A stretch of 64,000 nt of DNA from Phaeosaccion multiseriatum (GCA_965112735.1 OZ218956.1:1736001-1800000); one strand, 5' to 3'. Shown: positions 1 through 13,760, numbered from the stretch's first letter. Numbers and translations: made by a program. Notes: generated from the letters alone by a model not told the origin.

Positions 1-338
1 TGCCTTGCCCTTCTTCGCTGGCAGCCCTTCCTTCCGTCCGTCCGTCCGTCCGTCCGTCCTTCCTTCCCGCCCGCCTACTGGACAGTTCACTCCCACCTCC
101 ACCCGCTGCCACCCTCCCTCCACGTTTCGAGGGGAGGAGAAAGAGCACGGTGTCGAACAGAGGCGACAACTCGCGGTCCTTGTGGTGAAGATGGATCCAA
201 TGCGCGGCGTCCATTTCCATCCCCCTTCCCCTATTCCGAGCCGGATGCTTGCCGTCGGTAGCGCTGTTGCCACTTCTGCAGGTGATGAAACCTTTCCTTC
301 CATGCCTCCCCTCTCGTCTCTCGTCCCCCCCCCCCATC

Positions 339-1548
339 TTATTGCTGCCTCTTTTTTAAGCCTTCGGGAACGATGTTCACAACCCTCGTCACTTCCTTCA
401 CCAGCATATCAACAGCGGCCTGACGGAATACGATAGCAGGGCGGGGTGATGGGGTGACGGGAAGGGAATGAGGCATTGCAACGTGTGTCAATTGATGAGA
501 AGACCCTCTCTTTCTCCGGCACACACAACCCCCCCTTCCCACACACACACCCCGTCTCATCTTCTCTCCTTCTCGTTTGCCTCTTTCTCGTAATAAAGTT
601 ACTGTTATACGACATCACATGCGGCTGAGCAAGACCCATCATGATACAGCTATAATAGAAGTGTGATCCCCCTCCTTCCTTCCACAGCCTCAACCCACCC
701 ACCTTCTTGTTTGCCGCGAAATCGGCCGCCATTTTAGACACTGCCGCGTCGGTCTCTCGCTTGAGAGTGGCCTTCTCGTCGCCGGACGACCCCAGAGTCT
801 AGGAGGCGAGGAGAGGCGAGAGGCGAGATGGAAGTGAGCGCAGAGTGGCACGAGGGGGGGGGGGGGGGCAGTCGAGCGGAGCGGAGGGGAGGTAAATGCC
901 GTGGAATGGAATGGATTCTCCTTCTCTTTTTTTTTCCCCACAAGACTGCCTTCCAAAGATAAGCATCTTTCTCTCTCTCTACCCCCCACTCTCCCTCACC
1001 GATTGCATCGTGGCCTGATAAGATGCCTCCTTCTCTGCCCTATACGAATTAATGAGGCCTTCCGCCTCCTTCTTGGCCTCCTTGAGACGCTCGCTTCGGG
1101 CTGGACGGAAGATGAACGGGGAGGGGAGGGTGTAAGAGTCATTGGGGGAAGGGTCAAAAGATAGGAGAGTAGCGGGAGAAGTAGTTGAAGGAGAGGAGGA
1201 GATGCAAATGCATAAGAAGCGCACAGAAGCTCCGGTTCCCTCCTCTGGTGCATGCCTTCAGAAAGTCCAGCCGTCGCCCGAACCACGTTCATCTATTCCC
1301 TCCGACATATTGCCATGCGGAAAGGTACCCGCACCAGAGCCTGGACCTATGCCACTGCCTGTCAGCCGAGTATAGCATATTCGTGACTACTCTCTGGCTC
1401 TTCCCCCCCCGCCTGCACGCACCAACCCTCTCTGTGAGGGAACTCCAGGATACGCACCACTTCTGGCTTCACTGACGAGCTGCGACGCCTGCGCCTCCGC
1501 AGACATCAGGTCATCGTACTCCTTGCGCCCTCCTCCCATGCTTGCCAT
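339..1548 (-). CDS. V-type H+-ATPase subunit G (4 exons, 122 aa)
   Basis: Exons 1548-1458, 1100-1000, 798-703 and 419-339, all GT-AG and phase-compatible. Product MASMGGGRKEYDDLMSAEAQASQLVSEARSARSERLKEAKKEAEGLINSYRAEKEASYQ...FAANKKAAVDMLVKEVTRV matches the subunit G pattern (L.AE..A...V..AR..R..RLK.AK.EA..EI..YR). Confidence 0.93.
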
Positions 1549-2244
1549 CTTGTTCTTTTCTCTTTTCACTCAATTCTGCGCCCTCTCTACAGTATTGAGG
1601 TGGGTCGACATAGCATATCGATATCGATAATCGATATCGTCGGTCGCGTTCCGCGAATGAATCTCGGATGCAAAACATTATAAAGGGAAGAGCAGCCCAG
1701 ACCATGTACTGTGGAGGAGCAGCCCAGACCATGCAGATACCATAGAAGGGGAGGAGGAGAGCAGAGGAAGAGGAGGGAAGAGGATGTCGAGAAGGAGAGG
1801 AGACTGCGCAGCGTAGTATTTTCTTTCCATTACTAGCGTTAGGGCGGCTCATGCACATGAGCAGGAGGAGTGCTGCCGCTTGTTCCAGGCATGCGACACG
1901 GAGAGCACGCTTTGGGGGCTGAAGTGTCGGAGTGCTGAGCGGGTACAATCGTCAAGGTCAGAAAGCAGCTAGGACGAAGGGAGAGAGGAGGAAGAAGGAG
2001 GGAGAAAAGAGCAGCAAGAGGATAAAGAGGGGGGAAGACGTTTGCATCCAGGTCCTTGTCCCCTCTTTGTCCAGCCATCCGGATGGCTTACGAACTTCGT
2101 TCTCTCTATCTCTCTCTCCTTCCCGTTCTCTCTCTCTCTCTCTCTCTCTCTGGAAGATGGAAGACTGGAATGGAAGAATTGGCATTTCTCTTACCCCCCC
2201 CCCCTGTCCCGCCCTCCTCCGAAGATAGAGGTGCAAGCTAAGCA

Positions 2245-3059
2245 ATGAGCGGCAGCAGTAATGGCGGCCATGGTGGCAGCGGCGGTCGCAGTAGCAGCAG
2301 CCGCCCCAAGAAGCGCTTCATCTGGCCGGAGGACTTGCACAGGGACTTCATCGCCGCAGTGCTGGATGTAGGCCTCCAGGTGGCCAACGCCAACTCTCTC
2401 GTCGACGTGATGTCAGAGGACCCGGTCTCCGAGAAAGCCTTCCGGTGAGTGAGTGAGTGAGTGTGTGCGTGCGTGCTTGCGTGCATGCGTGCGTGAGTGA
2501 GTGAGTGAGTGAGTGAGTGCGTGAGTGAGTGAGGTCCAGCTCCTCTAGTGTGTGCGCGGGCCTGCTCTACCCTATGCTCTGATTTATTTCGCTGGTTTTT
2601 GTGGGCCATGTCCGAACCCAAATCCTTTGCATCTAACACGTCTTCTCCCCTCTCACTCTCCATTGCTCCCTCTCAATCCCATACCTCTCTCTCTCTCCCT
2701 CTCGCCCTCTCGCCCTCTCGCTCTCCGTCAGCGGAGTGGAGCACGAGACTCTCGAGTCGGGCCTGCAGAAGCTTCGCAGCTTTCGATACCTCATGCGCAA
2801 GGCCCTCGGAGGTGACAGCTTGGAAACCCCCGAAGAGCTCGCCCTCAAAGCGCCGCATGCCTCTAATCACGTGAGTGAGGAGGAGGGAGGGGACAGACAA
2901 GACAGCCCTTGGGGGGGGGGGGGGGGGGTTCGTCGGTTTAGAGACCCCAAGTCAGTCATACTACAAGGGCACTACATCGACATTGCACCACAGAGACGGG
3001 GGGGGGATTAAGCAGTGCCTTGGCAGCCTCCACAGAGCGTCTCTTCAGAAGAGGGCGTC

Positions 3060-3102
<43 letters not shown>

Positions 3103-4871
3103 TGTGTGTGTATGTGTGTGTGTGTGTGTTTGGTCTCATTTGGAATAGGAACTCGATGGTTCCTGGTGCCCCTCTCCCTCTCTCTCGCGTGCCCTATTCT
3201 CTCTCTCTACCGAGAACAGAAAGCTGCCTTGGCAAGACTCGTGCCCAACCTGCCGTCCTCAGACACCCATTTTGGAGAAGGGGGCGGAGGTGGGGGAAAC
3301 AGCGGAGAGGGAGTGGCGAATGGTCATGCACTGGCCGCAGAGGCAGGGGGGGGGTCATCGTCGGTCGGGCAAGGGAGGAAAGGGGTCAAGAGGAGTAGGA
3401 GCGCCATGATGGGAGAGGGAGGAGGAGGATCAGGAGGAGGAGGAGGAGGAGGAGGAGGAGGCGGCGGAGGCGGAGGCCCACCGCAACAACAACAACAACA
3501 GCACCAGCACCAGCACCAGCACCAGCAACAGCAACAAGAAGAAAAAAACGGGTTAGGTATCCCCGACGAGGTGCGGCGTGTGATGGAGGACGTGGAGAGC
3601 CCGCACCTGAAGCGCAACATAGAACTCGTGTCGCAGTGCGTGCAGGTGCAGAGCAGTATGCAGCTGGCTCTGCGCACCTCCCTGGACAGGCAGCGCAACT
3701 TGCAGGCTGAGATGCTCAAGCGGGTCATCGCGCTGGGTCTGCCCTACGCAGACACGTGGACGGTGAGGAAGGGCGGCGGCGGCTTTCTCTGTGTCTCTGC
3801 CTGTCGGTCTGTCTGTCTCTATCTCTCGATCTCTCTTATCTCTCCCAGATCCGCTGTCTGTCTCTGTCTCTGTCTCTGTCTCCGTCTTTCTGTGTACGGC
3901 TCCCTGTATCTCTCTCCCTCTGTTTCCCGCCCCATCTCTCCTCTTTCTCTCTTCCTACTTCCATTCCTGCTATTATCAAACCCTGCTTGCTTTGACCCCG
4001 ACCGCCCGATTGCTACTTCGCCCTCCAATCTAACCCACACAAATCAATTGAAATGCAATGAAAAAACCCTCAGGCCCACTTGCTGGCGGGAGAAGTCTCA
4101 CCTGTAACCGAAATCCTGACTGACACGTCACGACGGCGGACAATGGCTGGGACTCCGCCCTCTGCAGGGGCGGCAGGAGCGGTGGGTGGCGTACTCGGTC
4201 TCGCAGGCCTGACCGGAGGAGGTGGGGTAGGACCCGCGGGGGCTGAGGGAGGAGGAGGAGGAGGAGGAACAGGGGCGTTTTCAGGCGCGGCGTTGGCGGC
4301 AGCAAGAGTGGGGGGCGAAGGTGGGTGGGGAGCGGGTTGGCCGCCGCGATCGCAGCAAGCACCACAGAATCAGGCGCAGGGAGTAGGAATGAATGGGGAT
4401 GGAGGAGGTGGCGCCCCCCCCCTGTTCTCTCCCGAGCAGGGCATGAACCTGGAAGAACAGTGCGAAGCGGAGGCAGCTGCTGCCGCCGCGAGCAGTCTAT
4501 CGTCCGTACGCCACGGCGGGGGGAAAGGAGGAGGGGGAGGAGGGGGAGGACGGGTGTCAGGCGCCGGGGGGGGGGCGGTTGTGACGGGCTTGGGCGCATC
4601 GACTTCACGTTCTTCTTCCAGCAGCGGCCGCAGTAGCGGGGGGGGAGCTCTCAACCAGCCTCTTTCGTCGCTTGCGGCCGACGGCGTGCAGTCGAGGGGA
4701 GGGGCTTTGTTGCTGGGGTCAGGGGGGTCGGGCGATGGGAAGGAGGAGAGCCTGGGTGTGGCTGCTGCTGACGGACTGGCCATGCTGGCTGGAGCAGGCT
4801 TGCAGCAGCATGCGGAGCTAAGGAGTAGTTTGTTGCTCGCGCAGGCGGCTGGTGGGAGAGGAGGAGGAGGT

Positions 4872-4908
<37 letters not shown>

Positions 4909-5125
4909 GAGGATCCCTTGGCCAGTCTACACCCGCTCCTCTCCCCGGCGCGGATGGTGTGTACCTCGAGCAGCACGGTGCACCCTACCCCCCGGGAGCC
5001 GAAGCGCAGCAGCAACAGCAGCGGGGCTCCCGGTCCCGCGCCTGTGTCTCGTCCTCTAAGGGGGGCTCTCCGGCCTTCTCCAACAGCGGCATCGGTAGCG
5101 GCGATGGCGGGGGAGGCAGACAGCC

Positions 5126-5160
<35 letters not shown>

Positions 5161-5441
5161 GGGCGACACCACAGCAGTTGGTGGAACCACAGCTGCGCCC
5201 GCACGCCATGGCGCCACCGCCGCCGCCGGGTCGTCCCCCAAGCCCTGGGACTGCTCCTGGTGTCTCATCAACTGTATCACCAACTGCTGCTGCTGCTGCT
5301 GCTGCTGGTGGTGGTGCTGCTGGTGGCGCGAGGGGCGGGGCGAGGGGGGCGGCGGACGGACGGGATGGTGGGGCTATGGATTGGCTGTGGGACGAGGACA
5401 CTTTAGATGAGCAACTCTTCAACTTCCTCGTGGAGGGCTGA
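2245..5441 (+). CDS. GARP/SHAQKYF-class Myb transcription factor with MYB-CC-like coiled coil (PHR1/PSR1-like), 4 exons
   Basis: Exons 2245-2444, 2732-2870, 3220-3762 and 4074-5441 join in frame. The Myb domain reads KKRFIWPEDLHRDFIAAVLDVG...ETLESGLQKLR. The coiled coil VSQCVQVQSSMQLALRTSLDRQRNLQAEM resembles ALRLQMEVQKQLHEQLEIQRNLQ. It has Gly/Gln low-complexity linkers and an acidic-aromatic C-terminus MDWLWDEDTLDEQLFNFLVEG. Confidence 0.82.
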
Positions 5442-5814
5442 AAGAGGGGGGGGGGAGATAGACAGCTGAGCAACTCTTCGATGTTGTCCATGTACTCCTG
5501 CTGCCTTCACTGCCTTGTTTGTGAAATATCTTGGTATCCCCTTGTACAGCAGCACAGGTTGTGAGGGGAGAGCCTACTTATATCCGATCCGTTGGGCTGA
5601 ACCGAAGGAAAGGGACCTTCCGTCTCTTCGGGCGGAGTGTGAATGCAGTCTTAATCTTGTACAGTAGTGCGGCCCAAGTTGGGAGGCTGAATGTAATAAT
5701 ATGTCAACAACAGCAAGCATACGAATGAGTTGTCTTAGCGGTGCTCGAATCGATCACACCCTCCTCACGAGCAGCGGCGGCTCCCAGAGTCACCACCCTC
5801 CCTCCCCCCCCCCT

Positions 5815-8800
5815 TCACAGAGCCAGTGCGCGCACCAGCCCATTCGCTAGGATGGCAGCACACGCACTCCGCTCCAGATCCTCCAGCGCCACAGGCCCAC
5901 GCCCGTGCCCCAATAAACCCTCCAGCCACTGCGACACTTCTCCCCTCCTCCCTCGCAAAAACGAGTCCTGAAACGCCGACAACAGCGCACTATCCACATG
6001 TTGCAACGCCACGAGTATCGCCAACAGCACCGCGCGACGAACCTGTGAGTCCTCCGTCCCGTGCAGTGCCCAGACAAAGGCCAGCAGGTCCACCGCCAGA
6101 GCTCGGCTGCTCGGATGGACACCACTGCACTGCACCCAGCTGGCGAGAGCGTTGATCAGCCGCGCCACAAGGAGGGGGGAATCGGCGTGCACCCAGGGCC
6201 CGTCGCCAACGCTGCCACCGCAACCACTACTACCACTGCTGCTGTTGTTCATCAGTCCTCCTCCTCCTCCTCCTCCTCCTCCTCCTCCTCCTCCTCCTCC
6301 TCCTCCTCCAGCGGCGGCAGAGGTGTAGCCGTGCAGGAAAGGGTAAAAGAAGAGCATCGACACCGGCCCGAAGGCATTTTTTACCGTCTTGGGCCCGAGG
6401 CCTCTGCGGTAGCCCCATCGCCGAACCCTCCCTCCCCCTCTCTCCTCGCCTCCTCTCTTTCCTCCCTCGACGAGCTTCCCGCCCGTAACAGCACCAGCCC
6501 CCGCACCGTCACCGTCACCAGTCGTATTACTATTACTCTTGTTTTGCACCCTGGTCAGCGTCCTCCGCCTCCCCTGCGTGAAGCCTCCAGCGGGGAGCTT
6601 TCCAGGAAGCGCACCAGGGACAGCGCCAGGAGGCAGCAGACTCGCCCCTGCCAGATTCAGGCGTCTTCTCTCCTCCTGACCCTTTCTCTCCTCCTCCATG
6701 CCCTCGTCGATCTTGTTGTGGTCCTGGTCCTCCTCGTCGTCGTCCCCATACCCGGCGAGCTCCCGGGCGGCCCCCACCAACACATCCAAAAGCTCCAGTT
6801 TCGCACCCACCGAAGTGCCCGAGCCAAAGAACTGCGCACAGAGGAAGGGCGCCCCGGCCTCTGGAGCCACACACACACTCAGAACCATGCACCTAATGCG
6901 CGAGAGGTCGAAGGCTGGAAGGTCGTAGCTGTTCTCAAGCGCGATAAGGCGGTGTAGGAGCTGCGGGCACACATCCCGTGCGTCGTGCTGCTGCTGCCGG
7001 AGAAGGCCGGGCAGGGCTCGGAGCGCGGCCTGGTGTCTGCGGGAGGGAGGGAGGGAGGGAGGGGGGAGAAAAGAGAGAAGAGCGAAGAGGGGTGGAATTC
7101 AAATTTCGGTGGAATATGTGTGAGCGTGAGCGAAGTGGGGAGGGTACGGGGAAATGACGCAATCTACTAAACTACTTCATACCCACTACGCTGCCTACCT
7201 CTGAGGGGAGTCGCCCTCATCCTTCGACCGCAGCAGCTCCAGAGCATCTCTAAGGTAGAGCGGCGGCTTCACCCCAGCGAGGTCCAGCTCATCATCACTG
7301 CTAAGGTCGAAAGGCTCCAGCTCCTCCCTCCTTTCTTGGTCCTCGTCGCTGCTGCTGCCGCTGCCCCAAGCATTTGCCCTTGGTCTTGCACCACTGCTGC
7401 TGCTTCTCCTCCGTCTCCTGCCATTTCTTCTTCTCTCGCCTCTACGGCCCGACGCCGCCCTACTCGCTCCTTGCAGCGTTCCGTCCTCCCCCTCCTCCTC
7501 GCTCGAAGTGCCCGACGTTACCGAAGAGGAGCCGCTGCTATCGCTGCCCTCCCACGATGTGCGCTCCTTCTTCTTCTCCTTCTCTTCATCATCATCAAAC
7601 CTGTCTTCCTCCTCCTCGTCGCTATCACTGCTCTCAACTTTGAGCACCGCATCCGGGTCCATTCCAAGAAGCGCTGCCAAGCCTGACGGAGGCTCCTTTT
7701 CCTCTTGCTCCTGCTGCCGCTCCCGCCGGGCTCGCTCCTGGTTTTGCGCACGAGCTTCCCTCCGCTCCCGCTTCTCAAGCCTCCGTCTTCTCCTCTCCAC
7801 CTTCCTCTCCTGCCTGTCTCCTCCTCCTCCTCCTCCTCCTCCTCCTCCGTCACCACCTTCACCACCATTGCCATCGACTGCCATCGGCAACTTGTCCTCC
7901 TCCTCGTCCTCCTCGCTGCGAAGTCCATCCAGCTCTTCAAAGCGCAACGCTGCCTCTTGACCCACGACTCTTCCCAGGGCCTCCCCCACCTTCATGCCCT
8001 GCACCCGTACATCCTTCGTCGACATCTCCAAATGCGCCCCGACCCCCTTCACGAGAACCATCATGAGATCCGACCCGATTGCCATCCTAGGCGGGCGACA
8101 GTCCTCCCCACCCCCTCTCCCTTCTCCTGCCTTACCGTCGCCACCCTCACCACCCTCTATGTCTCTGTCTCCTTCTCCATGTGATGTCTGTCCCCTCAAT
8201 CGGAGCGCTTCTTTCAAGAAGGCAGTCCATGTGCCTTGTTGCGCAACACTCGTGCTGTGCAGACAAGACGGCTCTGCCCACAGATTCGCCACACGCAAAG
8301 CGGTATCCTCCAGCAGGTGCAGTGGCTGCGACAACGACTCTCCATCCTCTGATGAAGAACCAACACGCTCGGATGGGCCAAACTCAGACTCTTCTCCCTG
8401 ACATTGCTGCTGCTGGTCACACCACTGCAGAGCATCGGCAATGAGGAGACAGCAGTACGGGGGAAGGCTTCGGTGGATGAGCACACTGCCGGTCAGGGCC
8501 ACGCTCAGCGGTGTAGCTGCTGCCCCCTCTCCCTCTCTCGCCAGACCTGCTGCAGCCGAGGGTTGCGAACGGGCAGGCACCAGGCCATGAGAGACTTGGG
8601 CACCCCTACCAACCCCATCTTGGTGCTTCAACTGGTGCTGCCGTTGGTGCTCGGTCAGAAGCCGCTTCCCAAGGAGTAACCTGCTGATGGTCGAGTCCTC
8701 CTCCCTCACTCGTTTGCACAGAGACGAAGGCGGACACGCAGGAAGAGTTGCCGACGACATCCGCGTAGACAATACGCCTTCTCCTCCCCCTCCCCCTCCT

Positions 8801-10470
8801 CCTCCTTCTCGGAGGTACAGAATCTTCATCAAAGTCAGACTAGCCTTTTCCATATGCGCTCCAGCGATGGCGGAAAACAGATACCCATGCGCTGCCGCCC
8901 TTGCTGCTGCTCCTGCCACTGATACCGCTGTCGCTGCCGCTGTCGCATCCACCCCCTCGACGACTTCATCCTTCCCCTCTCTATCATCCCCCTTGACCTC
9001 TTCTAACCCCCCCAGTGGGTCTTCCTTGGCAGCCTCGCCTCGCTCCGTCAGGCGGTGGCGCTTCCCCTCCTCCTCCTCCTCCTCCTCCTCCTCCTCCTCC
9101 TCCTCCTTCTCGTCCTCGTCCTCCTCGCACACAGCGCTTCTTCCCCAGTCCGCCCACCCCAGTCCGGAGTCCTGCACATCCCTTGCGATGAGAGCCGTCC
9201 ACGACGTGAACAGCTCGGCAGCGAACCCATGCATAAGCAGCTGACTCGTAACCGTCGTCCACAGCGTCAGTTGGGTGGTGCCAAGCCCCACTAAACCGCT
9301 CTTCTTCCCCTCCCTACCGCCGGTCCTGCCCTTTCCCCTGTGGCCATCGCCACTGCTGCTACTCATCATCATCTTCTGCTTAGAAGACAGATCGGAGAGT
9401 GCCACAGAGAGAAGGGTGTCGCTTAGCGTATATGCCCACCTCTCTGGTTGGAGGCTGTACGAGGCTGGGGAGGAGGCCCACAGCCTGGACCCCATGGCGT
9501 TGGCGAGGCGCTGAGGGAGACGGAGCAGCTCCTCCCCCAGCTGACGAGCGAGACTCGGACTACTGTACGCGGAAGAGCGAAGGGGGGGGGGATATATGCA
9601 TTGGGACGCTTGCTGCTCGCCGTCTCCTCCTCCTCCTCCTCCTCCCCTGCCTCCGCCTCCCCCGTCGTCTCCTTCCGCTGCTGAATCGGTGCCTGCTTCG
9701 CACAGCCAGAGCTGCTCCATAGCTGCGTGGAGTAATGACGGCACCGCCGCCGATCCAGCGCTGGTGTTGCTCTCTCTTCTCAGTGCCCCATCACCGCCAC
9801 CATCCGGCGAGTACCGAAGCAACAAATCGCACACTCTCTCAGCCGTAAAGGCATCTACTCTGCCCCCGGTCGGTTGCGGCTGTAGTAGCGGCGACGACGA
9901 CAATGACGATGACCCACGCTGGAAGGGGCTGTTGCTACTACAATCGCCACTACTACTACTACTACAACTACTCCGTAGTCCGGTACACAGTGAGAGCAGC
10001 GCCACAGGGGCAGGGACCGTCCTCACGTCAAACAAGGCATCAAAGCACTCCTCTCTCTCGGCAGGCGTGAGAAGGGAAAGCCAGGCAGGGCTCGCCTCTC
10101 GAAGTAGGAAGGCGCTGTAGCCCTGGTGCGTGCCCCTCGACGCCATGGCACGTCGCAGCGGCAAGGGTGTCTCGGCCCTGCAGAGCCAAGCTGCGCGACG
10201 GAGCGCTGAAGCCGCTCTTTTGATGCTGCTACTACTACTACTACTGCTTCTACTGCTACTGCTGCTGCTGGTAGTGGTGGTGGTGATGGTGGTAGGGGTT
10301 GTGGTGCTGGGAGATTTGGCGCGGAGCGTGCTAGGAAAGCCCATCTGGCCCTGCTTCTGCTGGCCCTGCTGCAGCGCCATGAGCTCATCGTACACGCCGG
10401 ACAGCACCTCGCCCACCTCAGCCGCCGCTGAATCTTCTTCATCGCTGCTTGCACTCGCATGCGAGGCCAT
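5815..10470 (-). CDS. TEL2: Telomere length regulation protein TEL2/TELO2 (TTT complex), 2 exons
   Basis: Exons 10470-7199 and 7036-5815 (phase-2 GT-AG intron). Motifs: RVQGMKVGEAL; acidic SDSDEE and PFDLSSDDE (CK2/PIH1-type sites); PPLYLRDALELL; AALRALPGLLR; GRVRRWG...NAFGPVSMLFFYPFL; HGTEDSQVRRAVL. The start codon (MASHASASS) is inferred. Confidence 0.88.
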
Positions 10471-10571
10471 AGGCTCTCTAGGGGGGGGGAGATAAAGGAG
10501 GGGCCTCCCATCCGGCGCCCAATGATCAATAATTGACATAATTTTTCGGACTCTTCCCTCCCCTCTCTCTT

Positions 10572-10610
<39 letters not shown>

Positions 10611-10682
10611 GAACACTGCCACACTCGATTCCGCGGTGTAGGGTAGCGCTAGCCACTCCTCTGTTGCGGGGTCTGGGCAACA

Positions 10683-13600
10683 ATGGCAGGGGGGAGGGCG
10701 GGAGGACCGAAACCCAAACTCAAGGCAGGAAAAGGCGGCAATGCTGGAGGCAAAGGGGAAAAGGAGGAAGAAGGAGGGGATGGTGGTGCAACAGGTGGCG
10801 GGAAGTCCGGGGGCGGGGCAGGAGGTGGCGGTAAGGGAGGGGGGGGGGGTGGGAAGGGCGGTGGCAAGGCAGGCGGCAAGGGAGGGGGCAAGGGAGGGGG
10901 TGGCGCCGGAGAGGCACCGATTTTGACAAAAGCGGAGAAGAAAGCGGCCAAAGCTGCCCAGGAGGCAGCTAGGAAGAAACAGCAGGATAGCATGATGGCC
11001 TTGTACAATGCCGGTGACAGTGAGGGCGACGATGAGCCCATGCGTAGTGATGACGAGGTGAGCAGCCTGAGTCTAGGATTGCTTTTTGGCCAGGGTACCC
11101 CCGCTTCTGTTCCCCCTTCCCCTTTTTCATCTCCTTCACAGTTCGCCCTTGCTGCTCTCTTCGACTATCATTTTCTCTGCTGTGTGTGTCACAGGTCGAG
11201 AGAGAGATCCACTACGACAGGTTTGGGAATATCATCTCGAAGGAAGTGAAAGAGCGGGAAGCAAGGCAAGAAGCTCGAAAGAGGGCCCTGCTGGCCAAGG
11301 TGAGTGAATAAATAAAGGGGACAAGGGAGGGAGGGAGGGAGAGAGGGAGGAGGGAGGGGAGAGAGGCAGGCCTTCGTCCTGTCCTGTCCGCGCACCAAGG
11401 GGATCCAGAACATTGGGAGGGAGATGGGGGTGAGCAAGAGGACCATATCCATCTCAGCCCTTTAGTCAGGCTTCGTCAAGCCCGTGGTGAGAGGCCTCTT
11501 CCTCCCTTCCTTTTCTCATGTAGGCCCCGACCTGTCTCACCAGCGACCTCTTGGCAGGCCGACGAGGAACGAGAATAGTATTGAGCCATGCTCTTCCCCC
11601 CCCCCCACTTAACTCTGCTCCACCCGGCGTGGTCCTCCCACTTTAACGGCAGGCCCAAGCAGCAGAGGGACAACAACAGCGGCAGTTGGCGGCGATAGAG
11701 CAGCAGGAGCAGCAGGAGAAGGAGAGGGAGGAGGGTGGAAGTGGGAGGAAGAAGAAGGGCCGCAGTCTAGGCGAAGGGCTCGAGGAACGTTCTCCTCCCG
11801 TTCTTGTGCCTCCTGCCCCACCGGAGAAGCAAGCCACAGACTTTGCCGCCGCCGCAGATCGAGAGGTAGGGGATTGGATAGTTAGGTAGTGGGCTGTCTT
11901 GCTCTGCCTGCTTTGGGAAGGAAGGAAGGAAGGAAGGAAGGAAGGAAGGAGGTACGACAGATGGATAGCACACGGCCTGCGCCTCTCTCTCTCTCTCTCT
12001 CCTTTATTGTTTTGTTGTGTTTTCGCGTCGTCGGCCTCCTTTGTCTTTCTCTCATTCTTCACTCCATCCGGTCGGTGGGTTGGTGGGTGGGTGGGTGACC
12101 GGTCGGTGTGGGGGTTGATGGGGGCTGCCCTAACCACAATGGCCAACTCCCGGTCCGTTCGACTTCTCTTCTTCCTACACCATTGGATCAATGACCTGAT
12201 GATATGAGCCCCCCCCCCCCCTCGTCCCCTCTTCCCCTCTTCCCCTCTTCCCCTCTTCCTCATCCCACCTGTCTGTCTGCCTCCGTCGGCTCATTTCCTT
12301 GCGGGGCGATGGCAGATGATGGCTGCGAGTGAGAAGGCTGCGGCGGGGGGCAAGCTCAGCAACAAGGAGAAGAAGCTCGTAGCGCGGTGGTCGGTGAGAG
12401 CAGAGCGGCCACTTCGCCTCTGTGCGTTCTACACGCCGCTCCATTCCTTTCCATCTATCGATAACGATATAAATTGCACGCACACACAAACACAAAAAAA
12501 GAACCTGCACACCTACGCAGTGTCATGACATCGCCAGTACATCGCCAGTTAACCGCTTGCCCCCCCCCCCCTCCCCCCCCCTCTCTCCCTCTCTCTCTGG
12601 GCTCCGTGTCTCTCCCTCTCTCTCTTTGTCTCCCTCTCCTATCTCTCCTTCCCCTTCCCCTCACCCTTCAACCAACAGAGCCGCAAAGAAGAGTACGAGA
12701 GAGAAGCCGCTCTGCAGCACTCCGGCCTCTCCGCATTTGCCCTCACCCTCGCGGGTGACGGCTCGGCCTCCACAGCTGACAACGACGGAGTGCGCGATGT
12801 GGTAATACGGAACTTTAGCATCGCAGCCCCCAAGAGGGAGCTCTTCCGAGACGCCACACTCAAGATTGCACACGGCAGGTGAGAGGGGGGTGGGGGGGGG
12901 GGAAGTGAAGGGAAGGGACAGGAAGGGAGGAGAAGGGAAGGGAGCGTGGGAGGGTTGAGTTGAGGGCCAGTCTATATATAGAGAGTACGCATTATTTGAG
13001 CAGCAGCTAAGTACCTTATTATTACTGAGACTGGAACTGCATTGTACGTTCTCCTCTTACGCTCAGACGGTACGGGCTCTTGGGGCCCAACGGCCGCGGC
13101 AAGTCCACGCTGCTGCGCTACTTGCAGCAGAGAATGATGCCCGTACCTCCAGGGGTGGACGTGCTGCTGGTGGAGCAGGAGATACAGGTCTGTCTGTCAG
13201 TCATTCATTCAGTCAGTCAGTCAATCTGTTAGTCTGTCATCCGTCGTTAGTCTGGCTGGTTTGTCAAAGAGAGTCAGTCAGTCTCACGCGTACGCCTTCC
13301 TCTTCTTCTCTAGGCGAGTGACTTATCTGTGGTGGAGCTCGTGTTGGCGGCGGACACCAAGAGAAACGCTCTGCTAGCGGAGGAGGAGCAGCTGCTGGCG
13401 CAGATGGAAGAACAGAAGGAAGTGGCCGAGGACGACGACGACGACGAGGAGGAGGAGGAGGGGGATGATGATGATGATGATGAGGAGGAGGAGGAGGAGG
13501 AGAATGAGAAGGAGGAGGGCAAGGGGGGGCAGCAGCAGAAGGAGAAGGGCGGCAGAGACAGGGTGGAGGGGGACGGGGAGGAGCAAGTGTGGAGCAGGAA

Positions 13601-13716
13601 AACGTGGAGGGCCAAGGCTCAGCGACTCGGCGAGGTGAGCGACTGTGGGGGACAGAGCGGCAGAGCGGGCGACGGAGGGGCAGGTGGGGGTCCTTGCTTC
13701 TCGCTTGCCAGACGTT

Positions 13717-13760
<44 letters not shown>

